NCBI GenBank assembly: GCA_963796275.1
Contig: CAWCKY010000003.1
Location: 1,184,001-1,248,000 of the forward strand
Origin: an uncultured Acidobacteriota bacterium
Lineage (GTDB): Bacteria > Acidobacteriota > Blastocatellia > RBC074
DNA: 64,000 bases
Direction: 5' to 3'
The position numbers and the translations under genes were made by a program. Under the pieces are notes generated by a model. That model searched no databases. It saw only the letters and a list, made by a program, of their open reading frames with translations, and was not told the DNA's origin. Below, piece after piece: positions 11,063-22,465 of the stretch. Each line of letters opens with the position of its first letter. The stretch's first letter is position 1.

Positions 11063-13463
11063 TCACCTGCTGATCACTTCGAGCTGGACTGTTTGAAGCT
11101 TCACAGAACTTGCCCCGACCATAATATCGAATACGCCGGGCTCGACGACGCGCTGCATATTCAAATTGAGAAACGAAAGTTTGTCGGGTGTAATGGCGAA
11201 ACTGACCGTCTTGCTTTCACCAGGCGCGAGCGAGATGCGTTCGAATCCCTTGAGTTCCTTGACCGGCCTCGTCACCGAACTGACTCTGTCCCTTATGTAT
11301 AACTGGACGATCTCGTCTCCTTTAACCTTTCCCGTATTGGTTACTGTGATGCTGGCTGTTGTCTGCTCGCCAGGTTCGATCTTTTCCGGTGCGACTTTCA
11401 GGTTTGAGTATGCGAAGGTCGTGTAGCTGAGACCGTATCCAAAAGGAAATAGGGGTTCCTTGTTTGCGAAGAGATATCCACGCCTGGCTGTAGGTTTATG
11501 GTTGTAATAGATCGGCAATTGTCCAACCGACCGCGGGAAACTGACGGGCAGTTTCCCCGAAGGATTGTAATCGCCGAATAACACATCGGCGACTGCCACC
11601 CCGGTCTCCTGTCCGAGATAGAAGCCCTCGAGAATTGCCGGAACTTTCTCCGCGATATAGTTGATCGACAGCGGCCCGCTGTTGATGAGGAGAACAATCG
11701 TCGGCGTACCGGTTTCCAGGATAGCCTTGACCAGATCGTTTTGCTTGCCGACCAGCTCCAGGTTGTCGCGGTCGCCCAGGTGGTTCGTTGCCCATCCTTC
11801 TTTGTTGGTGTCTTCGTTACCGCCCAAAACCAAAAGGGCGATGTCCGCCGCCCTGGCTATTTCGACCGCGGCGGCGATCAGTTTGGCATCTTCCGCCGGA
11901 TCGCTCAGGCGAGAGCTGTCAGCCCACCAGTCACCTCCTTCTTGTGTGATCCGGCAGCCGGTGGCGTGAGTTACTTTGATCCCGCCTCCAACTTTTTCAG
12001 TGATCCCTTGAAGAACGCTGATGGCGCGTCCGGGGTCGTCGCTGTATCCGCCCAGGTGCGCCCGGTCGGCATTCGGACCGATGACGGCGATCGATTTCAA
12101 TCGATTCCGGTCGAGCGGCAGGAGATTGTTTTCATTCTTCAGGAGGGTGATGGAGCGGCGCGCCGCTTCCGCAGCCAGATTGCGATGAGCCCGTGAATTT
12201 ACGAGCCCGGCTGCACGCTCGGAATCGACATATGGATTCTCGAATAAGCCGAGAAGGAACTTGGCCTTGAGGTTCCTCGCTACCGCTTTGTCGAGCACGG
12301 CTTCTGATAGCCTGCCGTCTTTGATGAGCTGCGGGATTGTCTTGTAGCTATCGGGTATCTGGCAGTTCGATGTCCACCCCAGCCTCGAGCGCAAGCCTCG
12401 CCGCCTCAGTTTTGTCGGATGCCACGTGGTGCAGGTTCTGCAACTGCGGGATGCCGTAGTAATCGGACACGACGTGGCCCGTAAATCCCCATTCTTGCCG
12501 CAAAATTTTTTCCAGCAGAAATTTGCTGGCGTGCGACGCGACGCCGTCGATCTCGTTGTACGAAGCCATGACGCTCATCACGCGGGCCTCGGTCACAGCC
12601 GCATGAAAGCTCGGAAGAAATATCTCGCGCAGTATTCGCTCGGAGAAATTCGCCGGGCCGATGTTGGTGCCGCCTTCCGGCTGCCCGTGCGCGGCATAGT
12701 GCTTGGCCGTGGCAATGACGTGCTCGCGATCTATGCCCTTGCCCTCGGCTGCTCCTTTCCCCTGGAGTGCCCTGATAACAGCTACACCCATCCGAGAGAC
12801 CAGGTAAGGGTCTTCGCCGAATGTCTCCTCGATCCTCCCCCAGCGTGGATCGCGGCCTAGATCGAGGTTCGGCCCGAGCACTTGATGGCCGCCGCGGGCG
12901 CTCGCCTCGAGCGCGGCGACGGTGAAAACCTTGGTGGTCAGTTCGAGGTCCCAGCTAGCGGCGAGCGCGATCGGTTGAGGGAAATGAGTGCTTTTGAACG
13001 CCATGTGACCGTGTAGCGCCTCGTCATGAAAGATCGCCGGAATTCCCAGACGCGTATTTTCGACGAGGAATTTTTGAATGGAATTGGCGAACTCAGCCGA
13101 TGCGCGCGGATCCTTACGCTCTCTCTGCCGGGAGATCTGACCGATCCCATGCTCCATGACGACCCGCGCCTTTTCGAGCGAGAGGTCACCCCGATCTTTC
13201 GAAAAGTCGGTCTGCGGTCCCACCTGCGGCCGATCCGCCCAGAGGCAGACCAGTTGTGCGACTTTCTCTTCCAGGGTCATACGGCCGAGCAGATCTGATA
13301 CTCGGCGCTCGATCGGTAATCCAGGATCTTTATAATCAGGCGCCTGCGTTTTCGTATTTATTTCTCCTCCGATCAGAAGAAGAAATATGATGGCTATGGC
13401 TGCCAAAATTCGCGTGAGTATGCGGTTTATTCTCCGGTGAATTGGTGCAGTTGATGTAGTCAA
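11063..13463 (-). CDS. GH3 beta-xylosidase/beta-glucosidase, split by a 1-nt insertion at ~12355 (probable sequencing error)
   Basis: N-domain RDPRWGR, KHYAAHG and VVSDY nucleophile. C-domain LLKNE, FPFGYGLSYTTF and fibronectin-III tail. Removing one base gives AGVDIELPDPDSYK. Confidence 0.92.
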
Positions 13464-13507
13464 GGGCGAACTCCTAAGGAAAAGTTTTCAGTTGCAGGTC
13501 AATGCCT

Positions 13508-14755
13508 TCAAAAGCGGATGTTAGTAGGCCGCCGTGTATCTCCCGGATCGGCCCAACGATCGTTCGGGATGGTCGGTGTCCATCCCGGTCTCATCGGATC
13601 CTGATCGTAAGGATACGAACCTAATCGCCGGTAGAGCTCCCGATACTCCGCTAATTTATCCCGATCGAGCTGAACGCCGAGGCCGGCGCCTGTCGGTACC
13701 GCAATGGCTCCGCCCTCGTACCTGAACTTCCCTCCCAAAATGATGTCGTCGGTGAGGTGATGGTAATGTGCGTCGGCTGCGAAGGTGAGATTCGGAATGA
13801 CAGCGCCGAGGTGCAGCATCGTGGCAAGCTGTATGCCGAGCTCGCCCGACGAATGTACGGCGACACCGAGCTGGAATGTTTCGCAGACTCCCGCCGCTTT
13901 GATGCACGGCCGGATGCCGCCCCAGAATGTCGTATCGAGCAGAATCACGTCCACTGCTGTGTCGTATACGTTAGCCGCGAGTTGCTCGAAATTGACCACC
14001 ACTGTATTGGTCGCCAAAGGCATGCTCACCTTCTCGCGCACCCGGCGCATCCCGGACATTCCGTAAACCGGATCTTCCAGATAATCGTTGCGGATGTCTT
14101 CGATCTGTTGTCCGAACCAGATCGCTGTTTCAGCGGACCAGACTCCGTTCGGATCGAACCGGAAACGGTCGCCGTCCAGCGCGTATCCCAGCTGGTGGTA
14201 ACAGTCCAGTTCGTAATCCGGCGGGAACACTCCGCCTTTCAACTTGTGCGTGGTGAAGCCGTAGCGCTCTCGCAATTGGATGGCATGTTCAATAAGTTGT
14301 TCGGTGGTTCTGACCTCGCCCGTGCCATCATTCGGGTTCGGGTAGCGGAAGAAGAGATATGAGGCGAATGGAACCCGTTCGCGCAGACGACCGCCGAGTA
14401 TCTCGGAGATCGGCACGCCCCATTTCTGCCCCAGGATGTCGAGGCAGGCGAATTCGAGCGCAGCCAGGATCTGAGTACGATTGTTATATAGGGATGCGGT
14501 CGGATTTGCTATGAGGAACCGCATCTCTTCCAGATGCGCCGGATCGTGGCCTATGAGGTAGGATTTCAAAGCTCGAAAAACGGCCTCAGCCGATTCCCCA
14601 CCGCCGCCCATCTCACCGAGGCCGATCAAACCGTCATCCGTCTCGACCTCTATAACTGTGCGGACGAAGCGGCCCCAGTGGCAGCCGTTCGCGTGTCTGA
14701 GCGGCGCCTCAAGAGGGACGGTGACGGTTGTTGCTCTGATGTCAGTGATCTTCAT
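13508..14755 (-). CDS. Enolase-superfamily enzyme, glucarate dehydratase-like
   Basis: GudD-type motifs KLKGGV, DPNG, LEDP, ATN, and His in AVHSSG. Confidence 0.8.
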   Translation of the reverse strand: MKITDIRATTVTVPLEAPLRHANGCHWGRFVRTVIEVETDDGLIGLGEMGGGGESAEAVFRALKSYLIGHDPAHLEEMRFLIANPTASLYNNRTQILAALEFACLDILGQKWGVPISEILGGRLRERVPFASYLFFRYPNPNDGTGEVRTTEQLIEHAIQLRERYGFTTHKLKGGVFPPDYELDCYHQLGYALDGDRFRFDPNGVWSAETAIWFGQQIEDIRNDYLEDPVYGMSGMRRVREKVSMPLATNTVVVNFEQLAANVYDTAVDVILLDTTFWGGIRPCIKAAGVCETFQLGVAVHSSGELGIQLATMLHLGAVIPNLTFAADAHYHHLTDDIILGGKFRYEGGAIAVPTGAGLGVQLDRDKLAEYRELYRRLGSYPYDQDPMRPGWTPTIPNDRWADPGDTRRPTNIRF

Positions 14756-14757
14756 AA

Positions 14758-14869
14758 CATTTTACAGTTGTCATTTTACATTTATCATTTGTCATTTTTT
14801 TTCATTTGCCACTGCTTGAGCTCCTCCTTCAATGACAAATGTAAAATGACAAATGTAAAATGATAAATG
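14758..14869. repeat. Heptamer-based (AATGACA/AATGTAA) inverted repeat, same family as 4133-4325
   Basis: TTCAATGACAAATGTAAAATGACAAATG here versus TTCAATGTCAAATGTAAAATGACAAATG at ~4275. The complementary left arm is TCATTTTACATTTATCATTTGTCATT. Confidence 0.85.
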
Positions 14870-14878
14870 CGAAGGGTA

Positions 14879-17068
14879 TTACCAGGTAAGGCTTTTAGCC
14901 TTATACTCCTCAAGAGTTTTCTCAGGCTTCTCCACGCCTTTCGGCAGAGGCAACTTCGAAATGCCCTGAAAATAAGTCAACACAGCATCTCGCCACCACG
15001 CCGCGTCGCGCTCCTGAATCGCCAGCTTTTTCGCCACCTCGTCGTGACGATCTTTATCGATTACGTTGGCCAGACCATCCCACTCTTTGCGTGCGGCACG
15101 CACCCATTCGACTCCCCGTTGGTAATGGAGCGCCATCTCGTCCCACATCGTCCGGCCCGAACGCATGCGGTAATCCCACGGCACGTGATGAAACCATAAA
15201 AGGAATTTTTCCGGGCACTTTGCCGGATCGGCGAAGATGTCGCGGACCGGGGGATGATACTGGTTGACTGTGTTGCTGCCCGTCTCCGTCCGGTCGAACC
15301 CCAATCCCCGTTCGTCACCGCGGTGATAATAGATTGAAGTCCAATCGGTCCGCTTACCCTTATCCCACCACGGCGCTGGACCGTAGTGGTGATCGGGCCA
15401 CATTATGTGATGAAGACCGATGGGAGTCATATAATCCACCAGCGCCTCGTGCGACTCGAGCATAATGCGGGCCATCGTCTCGATCGCTCCCGGTTCAAGC
15501 GTAAATGTCATCTTTATCCAATCGACGGCTATCTCCCGCGCGCTGAGATCCGGATCCCAGGCCAGGCGGCCGAATGCGTACCAGTTGGCTTGAGCGAACT
15601 GATGCCCGCACCAGTTGCGGTCCTTGCCGGTATTGGCAACGCCGGCTATGCCGGTCAAACGCTGCCCGTAAAGACTGCCATCGACCACTTTGGTCACGGT
15701 CGAGCCGGCGCCCTTGGCGTGAGTATCTGAGTCTAAAAACTCACGCCACATCGGTGCCAGATACGCGAGATGGTTTGAGAAGCCGAGATATTCCTGGGTA
15801 ACCTGCAGCTCTGGTTGAAGCTGTGTCTTTGGCATTGTCCCGAATAACGGGTGGAAAGGCTCGCGCGGTTGAAAATCGATCGGACCATTCTTGACCTGCA
15901 GCAGCACATTCGGCGCAAACTGGCCATCGAAAGGGTGCAAATTTTCATATGCCGCCCCGAACCGGTCATATCCCGGTTTCATGTCGTAAACGAAGGCGCG
16001 CCACATCACGATCCCGTTGTGAGGCGCCAGAGCGGAGGCCAGCATATTTGCGCCATCAACGTGATTTCGATTGTAAGTCCGCGGCCCCGGCTGGCCTTCG
16101 CTGTTGGCTTTCACCACGAAACCCCCGAAATCCGGAATTATGCGGTAAATTTCATCGGCTTTTTTCTTCCACCACTTCGCCACTTCGGGATCGAAAGGAT
16201 CGGCCGTCTTCAGGCCGCCCAGTTCGATAGGGGCAGAGAAGCGGGCCGAGAGATAGACGCGCACGCCGTATGGTCGAAAGACGGCGGCGATGGCGGCGGC
16301 CTTGCGCAGATATTCATCGCTCAGGCTTCGTGAATTGGCGTTGACATTGTTGAGAACCGAGGCGTTGATTCCCAGCGATGCGTTGGCTCGCGCATAATCC
16401 CTTAGACGCGTATCTATGGTTTCGGGGAGGGCATTCCAATCCCAGAGCGAACGGCCCGCATAGCCGCGCTCGATTGTGCCGTCGAGATTGTCCCAGTGAT
16501 TGAGCGCGCGCAACTGCAGACGCGGTTTTTGACTTACATCTATTTTGTCGATGGGCCGTAGAGTCTGCAGCAGGCGCAGGAAATGGAATGCGCCATAAAG
16601 TGCGCCGACCTCGCCGTTCGATGCGATTACCGTAATGGACCGGCCGCCGTGCTTAATCGAACGGATACGGTACCCGTCCGGCCCGAGATCGTCGAGTTGC
16701 CATTTGAGCCCGGCGATCAAGGGTGAGCTCTTCGGCGTCCCCACGAGGACGGCCCCATCCTGGTTCGCCTCGCCCCGATCTGATTTGATGGGAACCGAAT
16801 GGCCGAGCAACTCCGAGCAGCCGCGGGCGAGCTCTTCGCGGATAGCTTCTATAGTTGCGGAGTCGCCCGGAACGATGATGGATGTGACGCGCGGGCTATA
16901 TGCTTCGATCGTTTGCCGGGGGAGCTGAGCGTAACGCAGCCATAGGCGATAACCGTCATCGGCCTTAGTACTCGCTATAGCCAACAATTGAATGCCGATT
17001 GTGAGACAACATATTAACAATCTATAGCTTCGATTATGTCCCGGATTCATCTTCCTCTTTCTCTCCAC
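14879..17068 (-). CDS. aguA: GH67 alpha-glucuronidase, secreted
   Basis: [35 protein letters not shown] and [12 protein letters not shown] are hallmark GH67 motifs. Confidence 0.95.
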   Translation of the reverse strand: MERKRKMNPGHNRSYRLLICCLTIGIQLLAIASTKADDGYRLWLRYAQLPRQTIEAYSPRVTSIIVPGDSATIEAIREELARGCSELLGHSVPIKSDRGEANQDGAVLVGTPKSSPLIAGLKWQLDDLGPDGYRIRSIKHGGRSITVIASNGEVGALYGAFHFLRLLQTLRPIDKIDVSQKPRLQLRALNHWDNLDGTIERGYAGRSLWDWNALPETIDTRLRDYARANASLGINASVLNNVNANSRSLSDEYLRKAAAIAAVFRPYGVRVYLSARFSAPIELGGLKTADPFDPEVAKWWKKKADEIYRIIPDFGGFVVKANSEGQPGPRTYNRNHVDGANMLASALAPHNGIVMWRAFVYDMKPGYDRFGAAYENLHPFDGQFAPNVLLQVKNGPIDFQPREPFHPLFGTMPKTQLQPELQVTQEYLGFSNHLAYLAPMWREFLDSDTHAKGAGSTVTKVVDGSLYGQRLTGIAGVANTGKDRNWCGHQFAQANWYAFGRLAWDPDLSAREIAVDWIKMTFTLEPGAIETMARIMLESHEALVDYMTPIGLHHIMWPDHHYGPAPWWDKGKRTDWTSIYYHRGDERGLGFDRTETGSNTVNQYHPPVRDIFADPAKCPEKFLLWFHHVPWDYRMRSGRTMWDEMALHYQRGVEWVRAARKEWDGLANVIDKDRHDEVAKKLAIQERDAAWWRDAVLTYFQGISKLPLPKGVEKPEKTLEEYKAKSLTW

Positions 17069-17291
17069 GATCTAATACTTCATTTATCGCATTCTCCAAT
17101 GCTATCACCGTGTCCCTGATGGAAAGGAACGGCGTGCTCGGAGACATTTAGAGTATTGCGGCCTTTCTGGCAAATCTTGACCTTGGCTGGGATATTGATC
17201 GTGATAACTTCATCGCAACTCGCCAACTTCCCGTCGCCCAAAAACTCCTTCGGTAATGGGCTTTAATTCAAAACCCTTACCCTGTGTGGGG

Positions 17292-20200
17292 TTAGAAAGA
17301 GAAGCGCCCGGCAAATCGCCAGAGACGCGAGCCCTGGCCGATTGTAGACGTGATATAACCGAACGTATTCGGGTTAGAGATATCGTTTCCAGGGTTTCCG
17401 AAGTTGGGATGATTGAACGCATTCAATGCCTCAGCCCGGACCTGAAAATTGATGCTCTCAGTAAATGAAAACGTCCGGAAGAGACCAAGGTCCACGTTGA
17501 AGAATCCTGGGCCGCGGATGTTGTTTCTGCCCGCATTCCCGAACCGCGCTTCGCTGACCGCTCTGAATGCGTCTCTGTCGAAGTACGGATTGCCTAAACC
17601 GGTGCCGCCTGAAATCGCAACTTCAGATTTGATCTGATCGGGAATCTGTCCGCTTCCGGCAGCTTGCAATTCTTGTGCGGTATTTTGAATGATGCCTATC
17701 GGCCCTCCGCTCGTGGCGCTCAGGACACCGTTCATCTGAAAGCCTCCGAGTAATCTGCTGGAAATGCCGCTCTCCGCCCATCGCCGCCCTTTGCCCAATG
17801 GGAGATACCCAGACCCAGTAAGACTGGAAATTGTGAGTCCGGTCGTAGCCCGCCGGACCTCTGTTACGTTGTCCCTCCTGGTAGAATTGGATACGCGGAT
17901 TGGCGTCATTATCGGCGAAATTGATAGCCTTGGAGTACGTGTAGGAAACACCGATGAGCGAGCCGGCCCATCGACGCTTGATCGATGTCTGCAGGGAGTC
18001 GTAGGTGCTGGTCTGATACGGCGATATCATATTGATATCGCTCGTCAAGCCCAGGGAGGCCAGCGCGCGCCCGGCATTGCCCGTGCCAGGGGCGCCGGCA
18101 TTGATGTTGATGAATCCCATCTGCCCGACCGCCCGCGAACCGACATAACCGATCTGTCCGACGAAATTCATGGGTAGCTCACGCTCAACCATGAGATTCC
18201 AGGACTGGATGTATTTGCGCTTCCACTCCTTCGGGTAGGTGGTCGTGCCGCTATTCGATGGCAGCCTGATGATGCCTTGAGTCGGGTCAGGCGGGGCGTT
18301 GGGATTCACGAGTCCATCCCGCAGGGTGGTCACCGGGATGAATGCGTTATCCGTACCATTGAATCTGAAGGCGGGCATTGCGAAATTATTGACTGCCGGG
18401 TATGAATTCCGGAAGTCGATAAATGGCCTTGGATCGGCGGATTGACCGTATCCGGCGCGAACTACCATCTTTCCTTCATTTCCGAGGCGATAGGCGAATC
18501 CGAGACGCGGCAGGAACTGGCCCGGCCCTGAGCTGGTGCCTGTGTCCAGCGGCACCCCGCCGAGGCCTCCGATATAGACGTTTCCATCCGATGGATCGAA
18601 GCGGTTAACCCCAGTATTGTCTTTGGTCGGGAACGGGTAGCGCTCCCACCGCAAACCGTAGCTGAGCGTCAGATTGCGCGTCACCTGCCAGCGGTCTCGA
18701 ACATAGAGCGCGTAAGATTGCATGCGAAGCGAATTGGGGTTTGTCAGCTGATCTACCTTGCCGGCGCCGCTCGGCAATCCGAGCAGGAAGTCCGCCCAGC
18801 TATTGAATCGGCTGGCATCGACAGCGCCATTGATCACCTGACCGGCCGCATTTCTTACCGGTTGCAACGCCGTCGCGCTGCCGTTGAATTGGAAGGTGCC
18901 GCGCACCGTCTGGAATACTCCGCCCTGCGGCTGGAAATGGTTGAGCTGTTGGTTCTGATAGTCCCATCCGAAACGCAGCGAGTGCGCGCCTTTCTGCCAT
19001 GAGAAATTTATGGTCGTCACATACTGATTGTCGCGGAAGAGGAACGGATTGCCGGTGTTGGCGTTACCCAGGTTAGCCCAGTTGGTGATCTGAAATGATG
19101 GTATTCCGCCCTGTAGCCGATCCGGACCGTTGGTCCCGGGGATTCCCAAAACATCCAATCCAAAATTGGATTCGATGTCGACATTCTCGGCGCCGAGCCG
19201 CTGGCGCGTATAACCGACGTTGACATCCATAAGAAGATTCGACCTGAATGTGTAAGTCACACCCCCGCCTATCACCTGGACAAGCCCGTCGGCATTGCCC
19301 AACTGGCCACCGTTTAACGCATCCCCGCCGGCTTCTCCGAGTATGGACGGCTCAAAAATGTTGGTCGGCGAAATGCTGTAACGCCCGAAGGCGGTGAACT
19401 TGCCACCCGCGTTGTAGTTGATCTTGTTGTCGATGTTAGTTCGGTTGAACTGGGCCGTACCGATTGGGGTGAAGTTGTTGACGAAGCCAGGCCCGTCAGG
19501 CAGCGGCATGCGACTGATGAGTTCCAACGCCGCCATGTCGATGCGGCCTGCCGGGATCACGTTATTCGGAAACGGGGCGCGCATCGCCGGATTATCGTTG
19601 GTCGTCGGATCGTAGATGATCGAACCGCCCTCCGCCGGAGTTGGAAATCGGACATTCCCCTGAGCGTCGGGCCGGAGGCTCGCCGGCGCGATACTGAATG
19701 TCTGGACCCGGGCAAAATTTCGCTGTGTGGTGCGTTCCAGATCGGAAAAGAAAAACAATTTGTTCTTCACGATCGGACCGCCCATCGCATAACCCCATTG
19801 GACCAGAATATTCTTAGGGACTTGCGGCGTGGTCTGGAAATAATTGCGCGCCTGGGTTGCGCTGTTGGTATCGTACACCCAACCGGCGCCATGAAACTCG
19901 TTGGTTCCTGACTTGGTAATCACATTGACCGCGGCTCCACCAGCGAGTCCTTGCTCGGCGTCGAAGGAGTTAGTGACGATGTTAACCTCTTGGATGCTCT
20001 CTGCCGTCGGCACATAGGCCGTGTTGGTCGGCAGCCAGGGGTAAACTACGCTGGAACCATCGATCCTGGTATTGTTCTGCAGCCGCGATACTCCATTGAC
20101 ATTGAATGAGATTGATCTTTGCGGGCTGCCTGCGGCGGAGTTCTGCTCGCCCATACTTACAGAGCCCGGAACAAGCCCCATCAGGCTCTGGTAATTGCGA

Positions 20201-20697
20201 CCGACGCTGCCCGTCAGCGGCAGATCGTTGACTTGCCTGGTCGGTTGCGTCACGTTTATATCGGCCCGTTCTGTCTGAAGCGCTTCGCTGGTCGTGCTGA
20301 CCTGCACGATCGCACTCACATCCCCGACCTGTAGCTGGGCGTCAAGACGACGTACAGCGTTAACGTCAATCCTGATATTCTCCTGAGCCAGCGCTTTGAA
20401 TGACGAGGCCGTAATGTTCACCTGGTAAACGCCTGCCTGTAAATTATTTAATAGGTATGTGCCTCTATCATCAGTGATGGCGCTGATTGAGACGCCCGTG
20501 CCGACATTCAATACCTCGACCTTGGCGCCCACAACTACCGCGCCCGACTGGTCGCTGACATTCCCCGTCAACGAACCGTATAGAACCTGAGCTATCGTAG
20601 CGATACTTAGGGCGATCATCAGAAGCACAGGAAATAGCGCTTTCATCGCGCTACGATACTTGCGAGTGTTCTGAGTCACTCTGTTTAAAGGTAACAT
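17292..20697 (-). CDS. Oar-type TonB-dependent outer-membrane receptor, split by a 1-nt insertion at ~17807 (probable sequencing error)
   Basis: Signal peptide, carboxypeptidase-regulatory-like N-domain, TKSGTNEFHG, RAEALNAFNHPNF and a terminal Phe. Removing one base gives YWVWDLPLGKG. Confidence 0.92.
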
Positions 20698-20900
20698 CGT
20701 TTATCTCCTTACTTCGAACGGTTCGGGCGCCTGACAGCGCTCATACGTGATGACAGAGCGGATAGACCGTTTTTCCGGCCGGACCGCATTTATCCCTCCA
20801 TCTCAACATCAAAGCCCTGGTTACCCTTACAAAGCTCTATTCGTTTATTAAATGATTGTCACCGTTGTTGTTAAAGAATTATTGTGAACGGTGTTGGATT

Positions 20901-20923
20901 ATTTATTCGAGACAACAACAAAG
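20901..20923. promoter_or_regulatory. Candidate ROK-family operator upstream of the TonB receptor
   Basis: ATTTATT-CGAGACAAC-AACAAAG: a 23-bp AT-flanked TT-N9-AA palindrome with the geometry of NagC/Mlc operators. A similar site lies at 22376. Confidence 0.55.
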
Positions 20924-20931
20924 AAATCAGA

Positions 20932-21030
20932 GCGCGGTGAGGACGAGGAACATAAGCGGCACGAGTTTTCCTGTGCGAGCCCCTTTTTCGGAATATCTCT
21001 GTCGCTTATGCTCCCCGTCCCTCACCGCAC
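20932..21030. repeat. Inverted repeat element upstream of the TonB receptor gene
   Basis: GCGGTGAGGACGAGGAACATAAGCGGC pairs with GTCGCTTATGCTCCCCGTCCCTCACCGC. Confidence 0.7.
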
Positions 21031-21129
21031 GCTTAATTTCTTACTACAGTTTCCAAGTGAACAATAAGTGAACAAGAAGATATCACATTTATATCTAATG
21101 ATTCGGTGAATCCTTCTTATATCCGTAAC

Positions 21130-22344
21130 TCAAGCCACGGAGGGCGCCCCGAAATATTTTTGAAGAACGAGCGCGATTGTTCCGCGAAGCCTCGGCTGGG
21201 TCGCCGGGTCTGTCGGGAGTACTCTGGTCGGGGCATGTGTGAAAGAACGGTTTTTGACGAAGCTGCCGATAACCGGTCCCACTCTATCCCAGAAACGTGT
21301 TATCTCGCCGACCACGACTATGACATCGGGCGCCAGTCCAGTAACCAACATGGCGATACCCATCCCGAGGTAATGAGCTACCTTATCAATGGCCTCCAAC
21401 GCCTTCGGGTCATTCTGTTCGGCCAGCCGCAATACGTCATCGAAAGTAGGCGTCTGCTCTATCGTTCGCGTCGTTCCGGCCCTGCTGTAACGGGCAGCGG
21501 ATGATTGTGTGTAATAGCGCACCGCCGCAGAGTTTGAAGCATAAACTTCCAGACATCCTCGATTACCGCAGCGGCATTCGAGTCCATCCTCCACGATGGT
21601 CGTGTGCCCGAACTCGCCCGCCATCCCGTTAGAACCGCGGACGAGCTGGTGATTGAAAATCAGCCCGCTCCCGATGCCTTCCGAAACGGTGAGCGCAATC
21701 AGGTTATGCACATCCTCTGCCCGCCTTCCGAACCAGACCTCCGCGAGCGCGCACGCGTTGGCGGCATTCTCCAACTCCACCGGCAAACCGGTGGCTATCT
21801 CGAGCGGAGTCTTTAAATCAACGTCCCCCCACCCGAGATTGGGCGCGAAGATCAGCCGCTGGGAGGCGAGATCGACTCTCCCCGGCAAGCTGACGCCTAT
21901 GCCTTCATAGGTGATCTCCGGTCGCATCGCGACCATGCTGCGGATCCGCGAGCACAGATGAGTGATGAATTGCTCCGCGTCCTGAGTCGTCGGCATCGAT
22001 TCCTGCGACACGAAATGCGCATCCAGATTGGCCAGGGCGATCGTTGTATGGGCAGGCCGAATGTTGATACCTATGATGCCAACTCGCTCTTTATTCAGGT
22101 GCAGAAAACGCGGCCGGCGCCCCCGTGGCGCGTGACCATTCGCGCCTTCTATAACCCATTGCTCTTCAATCAATTGCTCCGTGATGACCGACACGGTGCT
22201 CCGCTGTAGACCTGAGTGGCGGGCCAGGTCCGCCCGCGATATCGGTTGATGCGTGCGAATCAGATTGAGAACGATGCGACGGTTGATGTCCCGCGCCGTC
22301 TCGCTCGTCGCTACCTGGAAATTTGTCAGATCTATCTTTCGCAT
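21130..22344 (-). CDS. ROK family transcriptional regulator (XylR/NagC-like)
   Basis: N-terminal wHTH (ISRADLARHSGLQRSTVS), ENAANACALAE, and the Zn motif GEFGH...CRCGNRGCLE. Confidence 0.93.
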   Translation of the reverse strand: MRKIDLTNFQVATSETARDINRRIVLNLIRTHQPISRADLARHSGLQRSTVSVITEQLIEEQWVIEGANGHAPRGRRPRFLHLNKERVGIIGINIRPAHTTIALANLDAHFVSQESMPTTQDAEQFITHLCSRIRSMVAMRPEITYEGIGVSLPGRVDLASQRLIFAPNLGWGDVDLKTPLEIATGLPVELENAANACALAEVWFGRRAEDVHNLIALTVSEGIGSGLIFNHQLVRGSNGMAGEFGHTTIVEDGLECRCGNRGCLEVYASNSAAVRYYTQSSAARYSRAGTTRTIEQTPTFDDVLRLAEQNDPKALEAIDKVAHYLGMGIAMLVTGLAPDVIVVVGEITRFWDRVGPVIGSFVKNRSFTHAPTRVLPTDPATQPRLRGTIALVLQKYFGAPSVA

Positions 22345-22375
22345 CTCGGTAACCGGTCCGCTTGGCTATTGGAAC

Positions 22376-22398
22376 TATTGTTCGGCTTGCGAACTATA
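22376..22398. promoter_or_regulatory. Candidate autoregulatory ROK operator
   Basis: TATTGTT-CGGCTTGCG-AACTATA, a TT-N9-AA palindrome ~30 bp upstream of the ROK start codon. Confidence 0.55.
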
Positions 22399-22465
22399 TC
22401 AATAATTACTTATCAATTCAATTGGAAGATGAAAAGAAATCGAAGGAATGAAAGAGGAAAATGGG

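Noticed and set aside
21045-21075. Third ROK-like site TACAGTT-N8-AACAATA and an AAGTGAACAA direct repeat
   Set aside because: The spacer is 8 rather than 9 nt and the site is far from the TBDR start, so support is insufficient.
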